Source: Octopus sinensis
Lineage: Eukaryota
Reading direction: 5' to 3'
DNA length: 64,000 nt
NCBI RefSeq assembly: GCF_006345805.1
Contig: NC_042999.1
Location: 65,782,001-65,846,000, forward strand
Shown: in pieces, positions 27,523-42,121 of the stretch
Layout of the letters: every line of letters begins with the position of its first letter
Numbering within the stretch: position 1 is the first letter of the stretch
Translations under genes and position numbers: made by a program
The notes under the pieces: generated by a model
Seen by the model: the letters and a program-made list of their open reading frames with translations, nothing else
Told to the model about the DNA's origin: nothing
The model's database searches: none

Positions 27523-27859
27523 TATATATATATATATATACACATACAGGCTCTAGCAGATAGATTCAGACCAGTCTGAAGCAATTGACAGTCGGTTTAA
27601 CATATCATTTTTTTAGCAAAACTTGTTTGCCTGAAATCTGATTCTCCTTTTTATTTTTCAGGTAATTAGTGAACTGATTCGACAACAAACTTGTGACCAA
27701 CACAATAGTTTTGCAATCTTTGTTTTGGCGCGCGCCGGATAAACTGCCAATGAAATCGTTAGGTCGACGAAACTTCCAAATGCAACACTTCATAATGTGT
27801 ATAAAAAATTTATATTTATTTATATACATACATATATACATGTATATAAATTTATAAAT

Positions 27860-28075
27860 ACTCTTTTACTGTTATACTAGTTTCAGTCATTTGAATGCAG
27901 CCATGCTGGAGCACCGACTTTAGTCGAGCAAATCGACCCAGGACTTATTCTTTGTAAGCCTAGTACCTATTTTATCGGTTGCTTTTGCCGAACCGCCAGG
28001 TTACGGGAACGCAAACACACCACCATCGGCTGTCAAGCGATTTTGGGGGACAAACACAGGCACACAAACATATAC
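27860..28075 (-). mobile_element. SINE family A, body only
   Basis: gtttcagtcatttg...ggccatgctggagcaccg...ggggacaaacacag; no head beyond the microsatellite. Confidence 0.85.
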
Positions 28076-30031
28076 GCACAGATACATATATACATTTATA
28101 TATATATATACAAATATATATATATATATGTAGATATATATATATGTACACACACACACATATATATATGTGTGCGCGCGTGTGTGTGTGTATTTGTGCG
28201 CGCGTCTGCGTTCGTGTGTGTATGTGCAGGGTTTTGCAGACTAAATGTGACAACATATATATATATATATATATATAGTCTTGCATACACACATATGTTT
28301 TAATGTATCGCTAAGGTATAGTAATACTTATAATCTGATGCTTGGACTCCATTTACTTATGTTTCAGAATCAGCGTTAGTTGGGTACAGAGCCCAATAAG
28401 AATTTAGATAAATGACAATGGAAGAGCAACCTAAGTTTTGAACATCATTAGTTCCAGCTGTTGAAGTTCATCGAATAATATCCTGTATTTGTATCATTTA
28501 TTCAATTTCACACGCAGAGACACTGACACATACTTTCTCTCTCTCTCTCTCCCTCTCACGCCTAATCATATATATGACGTTTACGTAGATGTTAATAGAT
28601 TAGACACGAGTTTCGTTCGATTATTTGTTATTCGTTACATAAAAGAAATAAAATCTTCATGTAAGTTCAATTAGAACACTTATAGTTATCATGACTGATT
28701 ACTTTTTATGACATAACTAATTTTTTCTTCCTTGGAAGTCATAATCGTAGTAATTTAGATTTTTTTCTCAGGACATTAAGAGCTATTCCATTATTCTCTT
28801 AACAATCACCGAGTGCATATGTCGATACGTATTAACGTTAGATTTGAATTTAGATTCTGAGTTCGATATCAGATGAAAGCCGTAAGACTGGCAACTGTTG
28901 TAGATAAACTGGGGCGTTTGATATAAACCTAAAAACACTTTTCAAACTCTAACAAATAAGTTAATCATACTAAACGTTAGAATTGAATGAAGCATAATTA
29001 AAATATGGCTGTGTTAATATACAGTCATATCCTTGTAGTTAAAAACTTGCTTTAAAACCTCGTGATTTCCGGTCTAGTCCCAATGCTCGGCATTAGGCAG
29101 TGAATTTGGCAGATAGAAATTTGCGAAAAGCTGCACATATATACGTATGCATGTATGTATGCACGTATGCATACAAGTGTGTATGATTTTGTGTATCTTC
29201 CCGCCCCAGCTTCACAACCGATGTTGATTTGTTTCATTACGCATATTTACATAATAGAATAGACACCAATCAGAAAAAAGTAATTACTGGGATCTCTTTG
29301 TTCGATTAAATCCTTGGAAGCGATGTTCCAGCATGGTCGCAGTCCTGTGGTTTTCGGTCTAGTCGCAATACAAGGTAAATTGGGTGTGTGCCGTTAAACG
29401 AGGCCCCAGTATGTGCCTTGGGAGTGCACTTCGTTATCCGCAACATGTAGAAGGTGGCACATATATATGTAAGCATGTATGTATGCGTGTTTGCACGGAA
29501 ATGCATATGGTTTTGTTTTTTCCCGCCCACCGCTTCACCATCAAAATTGATTTGTTTATATACCCGTAATGTACCTGATAAAATAAGCACCAGTCAGAAT
29601 AAAAAGTAAATATTTGGGTCAATTTGTTCGTCTGAAACTTTGTAGGTGGTTTTCCTGCATGGCCACAGTACAGTGACTGAAACACATAAAAGTTAAAATA
29701 ATAAATTAACCTGTGTTTTTATGATACATAGCATCATTCTGTATAGTAATGACAAAGGCAGATAATAATATTACGTCCATGTAATCAGCAGTTAGACCTT
29801 AATCCATGTCAGGAAATAAAATCCCCATTAACTTCTAAAGAGAAAAGGCAAAGCTCTCCTAAATCATACCTAATGTACTGATTAATGGGTTAGATGGGTG
29901 TTGTGGAAGGAGCAAAAGTTCCCGGAATATGGCATATAAGCCCATTATCCATTTCTTCGTCTTCGATCTCGTTGTTTACATCTGACGTCACGGATGTAAT
30001 ATAATGAGTGCTGGCTATATAATGTATAATA

Positions 30032-30196
30032 GGCGTCGGAGTGGCTGTGTGGTAAGGAACTTGCTTACGAACCACAAGGTTCCAGATTCTGTCCCACTGC
30101 GTGACACCTTGGGCAAGTGTCTTCTACTATAGCCTCGGGCCGATCAAAGCCTTGTGAATGGATTTGGTAGACGGAAACTGAAAGAAGCCTGTCGTA

Positions 30197-30287
<91 letters not shown>

Positions 30288-30500
30288 ATGTTTGTATGTC
30301 TGTGTTTGTCCCCCCCCCCAACATCGCTTGACAACCGACGCTGTTGTGTTTACGTCCCCGTAACCTAGCAGTTCGGCAAAACAGAACGATAGAATAAGTA
30401 TTAGGGTTACAAAGAATAGGTCCTGGGGTCGATTTGCTCGACTAAAGGCGGTGCTCCTGCATGACCACAGTCACATGATTGAAACAAGTAAAAGAGTAAA
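30032..30500 (+). mobile_element. SINE family A, full length
   Basis: ggcgtcggagtggctgtgtggtaag head through the gaaacaagtaaaagagt tail. Confidence 0.9.
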
Positions 30501-31738
30501 ATAGTATAAGAGTGATGACCGTTACACGTGATTTTAGGGCAATGCTGACACAGTGGTACACGGTAATGGTTTCTGAAATATACTTTGCAACATATTATAG
30601 TTGAATAACGAAAGACCGCTTCCCTACAAGTCATTAATACTTATGTACCAGCTTCCATGAATGTCTTTAATATGTAAATTGGTATATCCAATAAAGTTAC
30701 ACCACTATTTCTAATCATTATTTAAGCAATAAGTTCGCGCATGATTAATGGGATAGATCAATACTGATGACGGAGCAAAAACGCTCGAAGTATGGCATCT
30801 ACGCCCATTATCCAATTTTTTATCTTCGGTCTCAGTGCTTCTCTACATCTAGCGTCTCGGATACGAAACGCCGTAACAAGATCAGTGCTGGCTATAATTT
30901 CTGGATGAAAATCTCTAGAGATGACCTTAACACGTGATTTGTTCACCTACATTCCACTCTGTTTGCTACTCAATTCGTTTATGAACATTTTAATGTGTCT
31001 ACTACTCACTTCAGTCAATCAACTGCGTTAGCCATTTTTCGTTTCAGTCGCATATCAAGTTTCTCTTAAAACAATTCGATAATTATCGCAAAAATTCATG
31101 GTATATCAATAAATTGTATCTCTATTCAGTGGAATTTAGTGAAAGTGTAGAGTTTATCCAGAAATGTATAGATACAAGCATACATGTCGCCTCCCCATAC
31201 ATACGTACATGTATAAATGTATTTGTGCACGTTATATATATGTATATTTATGTATGTATAAATATATATATGTATATATGTATGTATAAATATATATATG
31301 TATTTATGTATGTATAAAATTAACGTACGTGTATTTATGCGTGTGAGTCTGTGCCTGTGTGTTTAATTCACGAATCGTAATTGCAACCCTGTTTGATTTT
31401 GCATCAGCAGGTACAATATGTTACCCGATACTTTCAGACTGAGATCGGTGATTTGGAAACACCGAAGAAGCATTCACCAGGCATTCTCTTTATCGTTATT
31501 GTAAGGAAGAATGACAAACTCGATCTCAGTAGGATTTGAACTAAGATCGAAAAGGAACGTAAGAAATATCATAATACATTGAACACAGATTTCTAACAAT
31601 TTTTGGCAACTGATCAGCTTATACACATACACACCGCGTCCACATATTCATATTCACAAGAAAGAATAAATATATATGCATGTACGCAATACATAGATAT
31701 ATACAAATGATTTTAGGCATACATAATTAAATAAATAG

Positions 31739-31794
<56 letters not shown>

Positions 31795-31860
31795 AAGAGA
31801 TAGATATTTGCATGTATTACACACATGTGTATATATATATACACATACGTACATACATAT

Positions 31861-31907
<47 letters not shown>

Positions 31908-31908
31908 T

Positions 31909-31950
<42 letters not shown>

Positions 31951-32920
31951 TGGATTTGTATACTTATATATGTGTGCATATGCTCGTATATTAATGTATG
32001 GCGTATTATACAAAAGAGAGAAAGACATGAAGCAAAGGCTTATGAGATCAATATAATATCGTACATATCTGATTTTTCTTTTCGATTACATTACTATTTT
32101 TAGAAACGATATTTCATATTGACACGCAGTGAAGCAGTCTAGAGAGGAGAAAGAGAGAAAGAAAGGCGAGGTGTGGAGAAGAAATATGGAGAAAAACGAG
32201 CGGGCGATGGAAATAGAAATTTTAGTGTAGAAAATTACAGTAGCATCCAAGAAATTATTTGTGATCTATGCTTCTGGCCCAATGGCCATTTCTGTAAAAC
32301 TAAAGAGAAAAATAAATACATAAATAAATAAATCAGCCAAACACGAGAAAAATACTGAAAACATAAACCAGAATACATGTGATATTTGCATAAAGATGAC
32401 AGCAATCTTTGAGAATAAGAATACATAACGCATATAATAGAATGTTGGCAAAGAATTTCCTTTTCGAAAATTTCAGCTGCTAAATGTCGGGTGCAAATCA
32501 AAAAATAATGCTTCCATATTACTACCACGTATACAAAATATGGCATTTAATGTAGAACACAAGACAATTGATAGAGAAGCAGAAATGCTCTTGTTCGATG
32601 CAATTAAAATGACATTATCACTATAGAACTATAAATGCTCCTGGCTATTTTTATTTAATAAAATAGTTTTCTTTAGTTTCAGTTTATATTACATCCGGTA
32701 CATTTATTTTATTTCTCCCATTCTGTTTTTGTCCCTCTTCCTTTCTATCTTCGCCAACTCATTCTATTGTTCTTTCTATCGTCTATAATTCTTTTTATTT
32801 ATTATTCTTCCTGCTTTCTGTGGGCAGAATTCCCAAGATCAATATTCAAATGTGCATGATATCAGCGCGCTACATGCTGATGCAGTAATATTCATCCAGT
32901 TATTAGATTTCAGTCGTGCC

Positions 32921-32990
<70 letters not shown>

Positions 32991-32991
32991 A

Positions 32992-34365
32992 TTTCGCTTC
33001 TTGTGGAAAGGATGCGTCCCGATGGTCAGGCGACCCATTTGCTGTCAACACCCGTTAAAAGGAGGACTGGGCATGCCGTGGTTGATGATGCGCAGACACG
33101 CGCTGAGACTGCGATATCTCAGGCTCTTCGTAGAAGACGGTGAACAGGTGTGGTCGCCGTTTGTGAGGCACGCTTTTCCGCAGCTCGTCTCCATGACCTA
33201 ACTGCAATCGTGGATCAAAAAGAGGCCGAGGAAGGGCGAATGGCACCGCGAGTGTCGCGTTGCTCTCAAGCAACTCTGCCGTCCTGAGTCAACCTTGATT
33301 GACTCCATCACAACCAAAGCATTCTATAGGGGATTAGTGGAGGGGAGGTACGACGACGAGCTCGGGGCGAACCTGGACGTCGACGAGGAATACCTTACCC
33401 GCCTGTTCGGGACGACTTTCGGGCCAGGGCCCATGGACACCCTCCAGAGATCCCTGGCCTAGCAGTGCTACCGAGAAGCGCTACCCGTTCGGGATAAGCT
33501 CTACAGAAACACGGGGCCGACCTGCCCGAGATGCGTTCAGAGCGACGAAACCGTTCTGCACGCACTCGTGCAGTGTCCAACAATTTCCGATCTGTGGGCT
33601 TATGTCGAACAACTGCTGTCACGTGTGGGACGAGTCGGTTTATCAGCTGAGTCTATCGTCAATATTGTCACGCCTCCTTCCTTCAAACGGGAAGGAAGAG
33701 CTATTTACATCATCCTTCTGGCTATGGCGAAAGAATGTATCTGATGGACGCGTCTGAAAGGATTGGAGACAAAAGCTTTCCTCTCTGGGCAGCCTCTCAT
33801 CAACTTCTTCAAGTACCACTTGAAAAGGAAACTGAGAGTAGAGAGGCAAGTTTTGTCTAGCGAACGATTTAAAAAAAAGATGGGTGAATGTAGCAAGGAT
33901 GGCAAGTATGAATGACGAAGCCACCTTGAGCATAATCCTATGAACCCAGAAATTGAAAGCAGAGGGTTACCCACTTGCAAACAAATGTGGTAACATATAA
34001 CAATATTAATCAAGGTTACCGTGGTCTTTTTCGTAGGCTTTTCTTCCCACGGATAAACCTTACTTGCTTTCCCTTTTACACCATACATCATGACACTGTG
34101 ATTCACGATCCCTATTGGTCGTTTTTTTTCCTCTTCCCCTTTTTTTGCTCTTTTTTCTTTCTTTTTCATTTTTCTTCTCTTTTTGTTCCTTTTACCTTTT
34201 TTCTTTTTTTCTTTTCCCTTTTTTCCTTTTTTTGTACTTTTTTCCCTTTTACGATCCCTTTTGATCGAAAACCTTCGCCACCATTTTTTTTTCACCCCCA
34301 AAAGAAAAGCTCTACCTTGTAACTTGTCCCATCTGTGTGCAGCCCTGTGTGGCTAATAAAGAAAC
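32992..34365 (+). mobile_element. 5'-truncated Tx1/L1-clade LINE (ORF2 C-terminus with CCHC finger plus 3' UTR)
   Basis: One frame reads FRFLWKG..VRR...P.KGGLGMP...CPRC..SDETVLHALVQCP..LW with three in-frame stops. Pyrimidine-rich UTR; aataaagaaa at 34355. Confidence 0.85.
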
Positions 34366-34370
34366 TTATA

Positions 34371-34423
<53 letters not shown>

Positions 34424-34587
34424 GAGCACCTCACTTTCGGGTCTCTTTTTCCATTTCTCTCTCTCCCTTTCCTTCTGTCTGCATGACCGAACACAGCTTT
34501 AAGACAAACAATTTAAAGAAATAAAAGAATTTATATATATATAAACATATATATATATATGTATGTATGTATGTGTATATATATATG

Positions 34588-34705
<118 letters not shown>

Positions 34706-34706
34706 T

Positions 34707-34790
<84 letters not shown>

Positions 34791-34857
34791 GTGTGTATGT
34801 ATGTATGTGTATATATGCACACACACACACACACACACACTCACACATATATATATG

Positions 34858-35345
34858 TATATTCTTCTTGTTTGGGATATTTGACTGCAACCATGATGGA
34901 ACACCATCTTCAAGGGTTTTTAGTCGAAGAAAGCGACCCGAGGACTTATTTTTTAACCCTAGTTCTTATTCTAGCCTTCTCTTTTGCCGGATCGCTAAAT
35001 GTCGGGGGTCTAAACACACCAACACCGGTTATCAAGTGGTGATGGACGTAAAATCACAGACACAAAAACACAGACGTACACACACACGCATAAACACACG
35101 CACATATGTACAATGGCATTCCTTCAATTTCTGCTTAGCAAATCCACTCACAAGGCTTTGGTCGACCTAAGGCTATAGTTGAAGACACCTGCCTAAGGTA
35201 CCACGAAGGGGATATCTTTATCTACAATTCACCCACAAGGCTTTAATCGGACCGAGGTTATGTTAGACTGTTGCCCAGAGTGCCACGCAGCGGAACTGAG
35301 CCCGAACCATATGGTCGGGAAGCAAGTTTACCAGACACAACCACA
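34858..35345 (-). mobile_element. Diverged SINE family A copy plus a second head fragment
   Basis: Body and partial head at 34858-35215; additional head at 35224-35345. Confidence 0.7.
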
Positions 35346-35350
35346 CACAC

Positions 35351-35381
<31 letters not shown>

Positions 35382-35818
35382 TGTATGTATGTATGTATGT
35401 ATGTATGTATGCATGTATGTATGTATATATCTATGTCACTTTATCAGTCCATGTGTGTCTTTATATTAAGAATCTGTTTGTCTTCCAGTATTTTTCTATC
35501 AGTCTGCTTTTTGTAGCAGGCTGTTAGGAGCCCCTTAAATTATATAATTTAAATAGTTTTCCTTGTAATTAACTGATATAGTTGAAGTCATATTTTCATG
35601 GGAGGGTACTTTGAAAGTAATTTATCTGAGAAATGCAGCAAATTTGCATATAGAGATTCCTTGATGTGTTATTTTTTATAGTTAGAAATAGTAACCAAAA
35701 CTTCGTCAAATTTCATCATAGCGCCCTTGAGACAAACTGATGCATTTGACCAAGGGGTAAAGAACACCAACTGCAAAAATACTACTTTGTTGAGTCTTGG
35801 GAGTGTTAGTACGCAAGT

Positions 35819-36073
35819 AATAACCCAAGCACAACTCCAATTCCACTTCGTTAAAGTTAATCAATTGGTTGAATATCTAACCAAATAACTAATTAGAGCG
35901 GGCAGAAGGAAAATCACAAAGTCACTGTAAACATCAGGAAGAGCGACGAAAGATCTTTCACTAACCAACAGACAACCGATCGATTGATTAACCAACACAT
36001 TAAACAAACGATCAATTAGTTGGTTAGATATTTAACCAATTAACTAACACTGAAGAGGTGAGCCTGTGATTGG

Positions 36074-36082
<9 letters not shown>
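35819..36082. mobile_element. MITE-like element with imperfect inverted arms of about 70 bp
   Basis: taataacccaa...aattggttgaatatctaaccaa..aatt versus aattagttggttagatatttaaccaatt...ttgggttatta. Confidence 0.6.
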
Positions 36083-36127
<45 letters not shown>

Positions 36128-36333
36128 GGCATAATGATTCTCCCAGCACGACAAAAGTTTTTTTCAGATACGAATTCGCATGAAAAGTCTTGCAAACCAT
36201 GTAGAAAAACGAATTGATGTAGCTAATACGCTGGCTGTAAAATGGAGGGAGAAATAAAATCGTCAATAAAGTATGTACTAAACCCAGTTACGGAGGGGCA
36301 GCGCTAAGCAGTGATACGTGAAATTGCAATGAT

Positions 36334-36869
36334 ATTATCAGCCCACATATGCGTGATGCACATTGGAACTGGGGAACAAACTACTCACTGCGTTTTGTGA
36401 CGGTGAATATATCTTACTTGTTGACAAATGGTGTGTATACACTTTGATCAGCTCGCAACACCTAAACTGTAGAGATGATAACATTTCGGTGTAGTTTTCT
36501 CCTCACCGTTTACAGACACTAAGCAGGCGGCCCTACGAACTGAATCAAGAGATTACCTCTTTTATGCTTTTCCAGTCACTGTACGATGACGTAATTTACT
36601 TCCGATGAGCCACTGTATAGATCTCACAGTGGGGTGGGGGGTAATCTCTTAATTCAGCTCGCAGTGTCGTGTGCTTAGTATCTGTGACCGATGAAGAGAC
36701 AACTACTCCGAAATGTTAACATCTCACAGTTCAGGCAGATTGCGCTACGAGCTGATCTAGGTGTAGACACACCATTTGTCAACAAGCGAGATATACTCTC
36801 CGTGACAAAACGCAGTGAGTAGCTTGTTCCCCGGTTCGAACGTGCATCAAGCATTTTCTTACTGATAAT
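36334..36869. mobile_element. Old fold-back/MITE with diverged inverted arms of about 225 bp
   Basis: 36334-36557 aligns to the reverse complement of 36640-36869 (ggggaacaa.ctactcactgcgttttgt.acgg; cttgttgacaaatggtgtgt; aagagattacc). Confidence 0.8.
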
Positions 36870-39528
36870 TACACTGTAAGTCCATTTATCAAATTTATGT
36901 GTAATCCCAATATCTTTATTAGTATTATGTTTATAAAATAGTTTGTGGTGTTTAATTACGCTCCTTTCCATTCAGAAATTCGAGAAAAGATCTTCGCTTA
37001 TATGTACCCTTCAGGTGCCGATAAAATCTAATACCAGTCATCTAATGAGGTCAAGAAATTCCGTTGTACATTTGTTCCCAAGCTTTGTAACTCTTTATAG
37101 ATGTTACAGATCATTACTTAGCTATGTATATGGTGACGTAACAGATTTTTAAAGTGTTACACAGGAGGTGTGTTATTTATCACGATGTCATGCGCTTTCT
37201 GTTCATGTCCGCCGATGTCAACTTTGCTTTTCATTCTTCTGGTGCCCATAAATATGTACCGAATCAGAGCTGCAGATTTGTGACACAGATAAAGTTTCGG
37301 ACATGATGTCTTTTTATTTTCTGGTAACCATTTCGTCCCGTTGGGTTATGAGAACGTCTAAAAAAACAAAACGCTGGTTCCAAACATTTCTGGCTCAACC
37401 CGACGGCTTTCTCTTCGATGAACATTGGTGTTTTGGGCAGAGGAGACTTGCATGCATGTGCAACATTCAGTTTTCTTGCCGGGATTTCTATGCACATGAA
37501 TATACATATTTTCATTGGTCGGTACTTTGAAGGTAATTTATCTGAGAAACGCAGCAAGCCTGCATATTTCTTAATGTGTTGTTTCATATAGTTAGAAATA
37601 GTAACCAAATATTCGTCAAATTTAATCATAAGGTCTTTGAGACAAACCGACACATTATTGAATCTTGCTGGGCGGAAACCATACGTAAGATTATAACAAA
37701 GGAATCAACAAAATAGCCTTACATCATCTAGTTATATCTCATTACATTTAAATTTCAATATCTACCGGAACGAATAAATTCCAGTCAAATACAACTGTCA
37801 CTGCCTCTTCAAGAAAGTATGGTATTCTGCAGATGCTAAAATTCATTAGGAGTAAGTGCTGAAACAAATCGAAAGTATGTCTTTTTCTATTAAATAATAA
37901 ATAACACATCTGAAAACATTCATAGAAATATTCCGGGATAAGAAGATCTCTAACAAGACGCTTTACTGATATAAAACTATTTCAGTATTGGTTTTATTTA
38001 GAATGAGTTAAGACAAGTATAAACTGATTATTTTATTAACGCTTATATAAACAACTGCGATTAAACGATAAACAATAAAATGTCAAATGCTCTCTTCCCT
38101 CTTGGATACCAGAAGGAAATGCAAAAATTTTATTGTTTACTTTTTTGAAATTTATTATTACTTTTCAGACTCTGTTAAACAAATTTTGATGGAAATATTT
38201 AGTTGATTGCACACAACTGCATGTATAGTCTTTCGACACCAATTGAAATTGAGATTGAAATTCGAAGCTGACAGTGTGCTGGATTCAAAATAAGAAAGAC
38301 AAAAAATAGAGGAACGAAGATACATATCACAGAGACTTCCAACATCCTGCCACATACAAATATAATTAATGGTAATTATTAAATCGCCCCGAGAAGACGC
38401 CAGATGGTAGAAGCTTTAGCGCGCGCCAAACGTATTAACTGATATGTCTTCTGATTCTTTAATTTCCGAGATCGAATCTTGTTCAGATTAGCTTTTTTAC
38501 CTTTCATCATTTCATAGTCAATAAAAATGTTCAAGATGAACTATAAACGTAACATAAACGAATTATTCCCATAACCCAGAAATTGCTGTAAATGTGCCAA
38601 AATTTTAAACTTATTTTCTTTCGAGAGCATCTGAAAAGTCAGCACTTTGCTGTATATTACGTTCTTTGGAAAGCGATATTATGATATTAATGCAAGCCTG
38701 ATCCAAGAAGAACAAATGACAATATTTATATAATTGGAAAGTATTACTTTTAGAGAAGGATTGTATATGAATAAATAGACCCAAATATATTAGTGGTACA
38801 TGATTAATTCTGTGATGATGAATCATGAAGCTAATGCATGGGTTTTCAAGTAAGAAATTAATGGTACTTATTCCTGTGTTCTACCATTTCCCACAATTCC
38901 AGCACTTATTGACGTGGACAATAGTCACATAGAGCATGGAACGAGGGTCGATATTCTGTCAAATTCTCACGATGTGAGTTGCTATCCAGTTGCTTAAATG
39001 AAAATATCATATACGTTAAAAAAACAGCGATTGAACTTTTATAAGGTTGCTAGATTATCTAAAAAAAAGTAACCAAACTAGACCTTCGTATTTAAAACCC
39101 TGCTGTATCATACGAGAAATATATCGGACATGACAGCCTTGAAATAATTATGTGAAAATAATATCGGACAGAGGACGCTGGACTGTTTGATTATGGCGCT
39201 TCTCGATCGAAAATAATCTGGGATTAAAATATATATCTACGATGTTGAAATCCGTTATGCATTTCCATTACTGTCACAAGAACACTAAATCTGACAGATT
39301 TCATCTAAACCAATATCCAGGAACTAATTTTATTAACTGCCAACGAGTACACAAATATATGTACGTATGCATATAAGTATGTATGCATGTACGTATGCAC
39401 ATATTTTTGTATGTATGTAGGTACGCATGTCTGTGTCACAGTTCATTCCCAATTTACAGTACATGCAGCTATCAATTGCATTATCAGGGAAACTTGTGGA
39501 AACAAATATTGCAGAATCCCATCAGGTC

Positions 39529-39585
<57 letters not shown>

Positions 39586-39682
39586 AGATAGATATATGTA
39601 TGTATATTTGTATGTATGTATCTACCTATGTATGTATGTATGTATGTATGTATGTATGTATGTATGTATGTATGTATGTATG

Positions 39683-39713
<31 letters not shown>

Positions 39714-39799
39714 TTATCTATCTCCCAAACATTTTTGAATTGGTAACAAGCGTTTATATAAATTAAATTACTATTTAGTGCTTTATCCCGTATTTCGCT

Positions 39800-40140
39800 A
39801 GGTTTGGGTAACCGATTAGCACCACTAGTAAAAATTATTTTCATTGGAACCTAACATAGGTAACTAGTTCCATAGTCGGTTTGGAGTTGCATCACTTTCC
39901 AATGTTCGGTGTTGATGAGCAGATAATTATTTCGAAATGCAAGCGTCCATCGATATGGATAGAGCGCATTTCCCAACTGACCTGATGTTTTTCAACTTTT
40001 CGTCAACATTGGGAATATTATTCCATGACAAAATACAGTGACTGGCATTCTTAATTTGCTACGGTTTTGAATGGGTGTAAATCAAAGTGGCAGTAGTTGT
40101 TTGATAATTGGTGTTATTTTGTGTAGGTTCCTGCAATTGA
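39800..40140 (-). pseudogene. Possible L2/CR1-group LINE remnant
   Basis: Minus frame KITPIIKQL..*.TPIQNRSK resembles the HITP.L..LHWLP...RI.FK motif; heavily decayed. Confidence 0.3.
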
Positions 40141-41438
40141 TTTGTTTAGCAAAATGTGGCGGAATGAGTAAGTACCAGACTTAAAATAAATAATAAGGAT
40201 CATTTATCCGACAAAACATTTACTCGCCTACCTGGATGTCTCTTAGTACACCCGCAGTTTAATGACTAAAATATGTAATAGAACAGGGGCATGAAAGAAA
40301 TGAAAGTATGTATATAATGTATATACACAAATCAGTTCTCGGATCTTTTCACTTTCCCAGTTCTCTAGAGAATATTTCCTCAAGGCCTTGAAAACTTGTA
40401 GGGGAGGACCTAGTCTGATTGCTTACAGTTGAATGTATTCTGCTAGATGAATTAAAGAAATAGGATGGATTTTAAAGTAGTGATGGGTCTGCCCAAGATC
40501 TCTGAACGTAATTAGCAAGAACAATTACTACAAGCATCACGACCGACGCTCTAACAATCCGATAATTTCATCATCTTGGAATGATATTTTATTTTATAGT
40601 GCTCCGGAGGATGAAAGTTGGGGATCATGTCAGCAGGATATGAAATCAGAACGAAGAGAATCGGAATAAGTAATCCGACGCGTTTTGCGCTACAGTCTTA
40701 GGGGTTCATTTTGTTAGTTGCCTAAGCAACACTAGTGACAGCCCCAACATTTTTTATTTTTGTAAATAGGGGTTGGATTAATGAATACAACAGCGTATGT
40801 GGTGTGTAATTGAATTTAGATATCTAAAAGGCGTTATCTAATATATGTACGTATTTTGTCTACCCCGCTATCTTTTTCTGCAATCCACTTCCTCCACCAT
40901 TAACAACCAACAAAAGAGAAAGAAAGGGTGAGAGTTACGTTAAAAAACACTGACATTGTTTTCTCAAATGTAATAACTTTTCTCCAAAGCTGAAAACATT
41001 TATTAATAATGTACGTGATACATTTAATAAAGGCAAGAAAAATAAAGCGTCTCTCACTTTCACCAAAGTTATTAAATGAATAGTTAATATTTTCGTCTGC
41101 AATAACTACGATATTAATCTTGCAAAGTATAGAAAGAAACAAGTAAAAATTAATAACAAGCGCCGAAAAAGCTGTTGATATCACCAAACACAATCTTGGT
41201 AACAAAGTTAGTCATAAGGTCGGCTGCAGAATAGAAAATTGATTAAAAGTCAACCAAATGTGGTTCTCTTCAGTTGGAAGGAAAGCAGAACTGATATATC
41301 TCATTTGAAATTCTTGAGCGTTGCGAATTTTTTTGCGTATTTTTCTGTTGTTTGTTGATGCACGAAGTGTCTTAATTTGTACAGCTTCGTTGAGGACGCG
41401 CATTTCTAATTCAATTATCTATACAGAAGAATGATATT

Positions 41439-41503
<65 letters not shown>

Positions 41504-42121
41504 TTACGGCAACAATCACAATAAGAGTAAATAAATAGAAGCGAAAATAAATGATGGGTCTTACAAAGGTATACGATTGCTGATATATAAACACACGCAT
41601 AATTGATAGAGAAGAATGATTGATTATATCAACTGAAGCATTCGATTAGTATTGTTATTTTTCAGGACAAGGTCTTTCTATTCGGGATTTGAACATAGAA
41701 TGTATAGCGATGTAACCGAGAATAACTGAGATTCCATATTTAAAAAAAATAAATAAATAAACTGCGCTGTTAGCAATCGAAGCTACAATCTGTGAAGAAT
41801 AGTGCAGTCGAATATGTTTAGCACACTAATACTCCTGTAGGGATCACATCAAACATTCAATTATGAAGTGCAAACGCAGTCTAGCGGATTTCGAACTCAT
41901 AACCTAATGGGACATTCTAACACTGCAAAACATTTAATTTCACATCCCTCCCAGTACTTATCGCTCTAAAATCATCTTAGTGGAGTTTGAAGTATGGAAA
42001 TGAACAAAAATAACCGAATGAAAAACTCAACAACTATTATCTTTCACTAACTGTACTCACTGGGCAGCAGCCATACTGGGGAATCGTCTTAAACAGTTTA
42101 TCCCTTTAAGAAAAGGTTATA

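Noticed and set aside
33705-34322. 198-aa Lys-rich and 115-aa Phe-rich ORFs
   Set aside because: They come from the pyrimidine-rich 3' UTR of the Tx1 LINE and its antisense strand.
40900-41403. Two in-frame minus ORFs separated by one stop
   Set aside because: No recognisable motif or convincing splice boundaries; compatible with chance.
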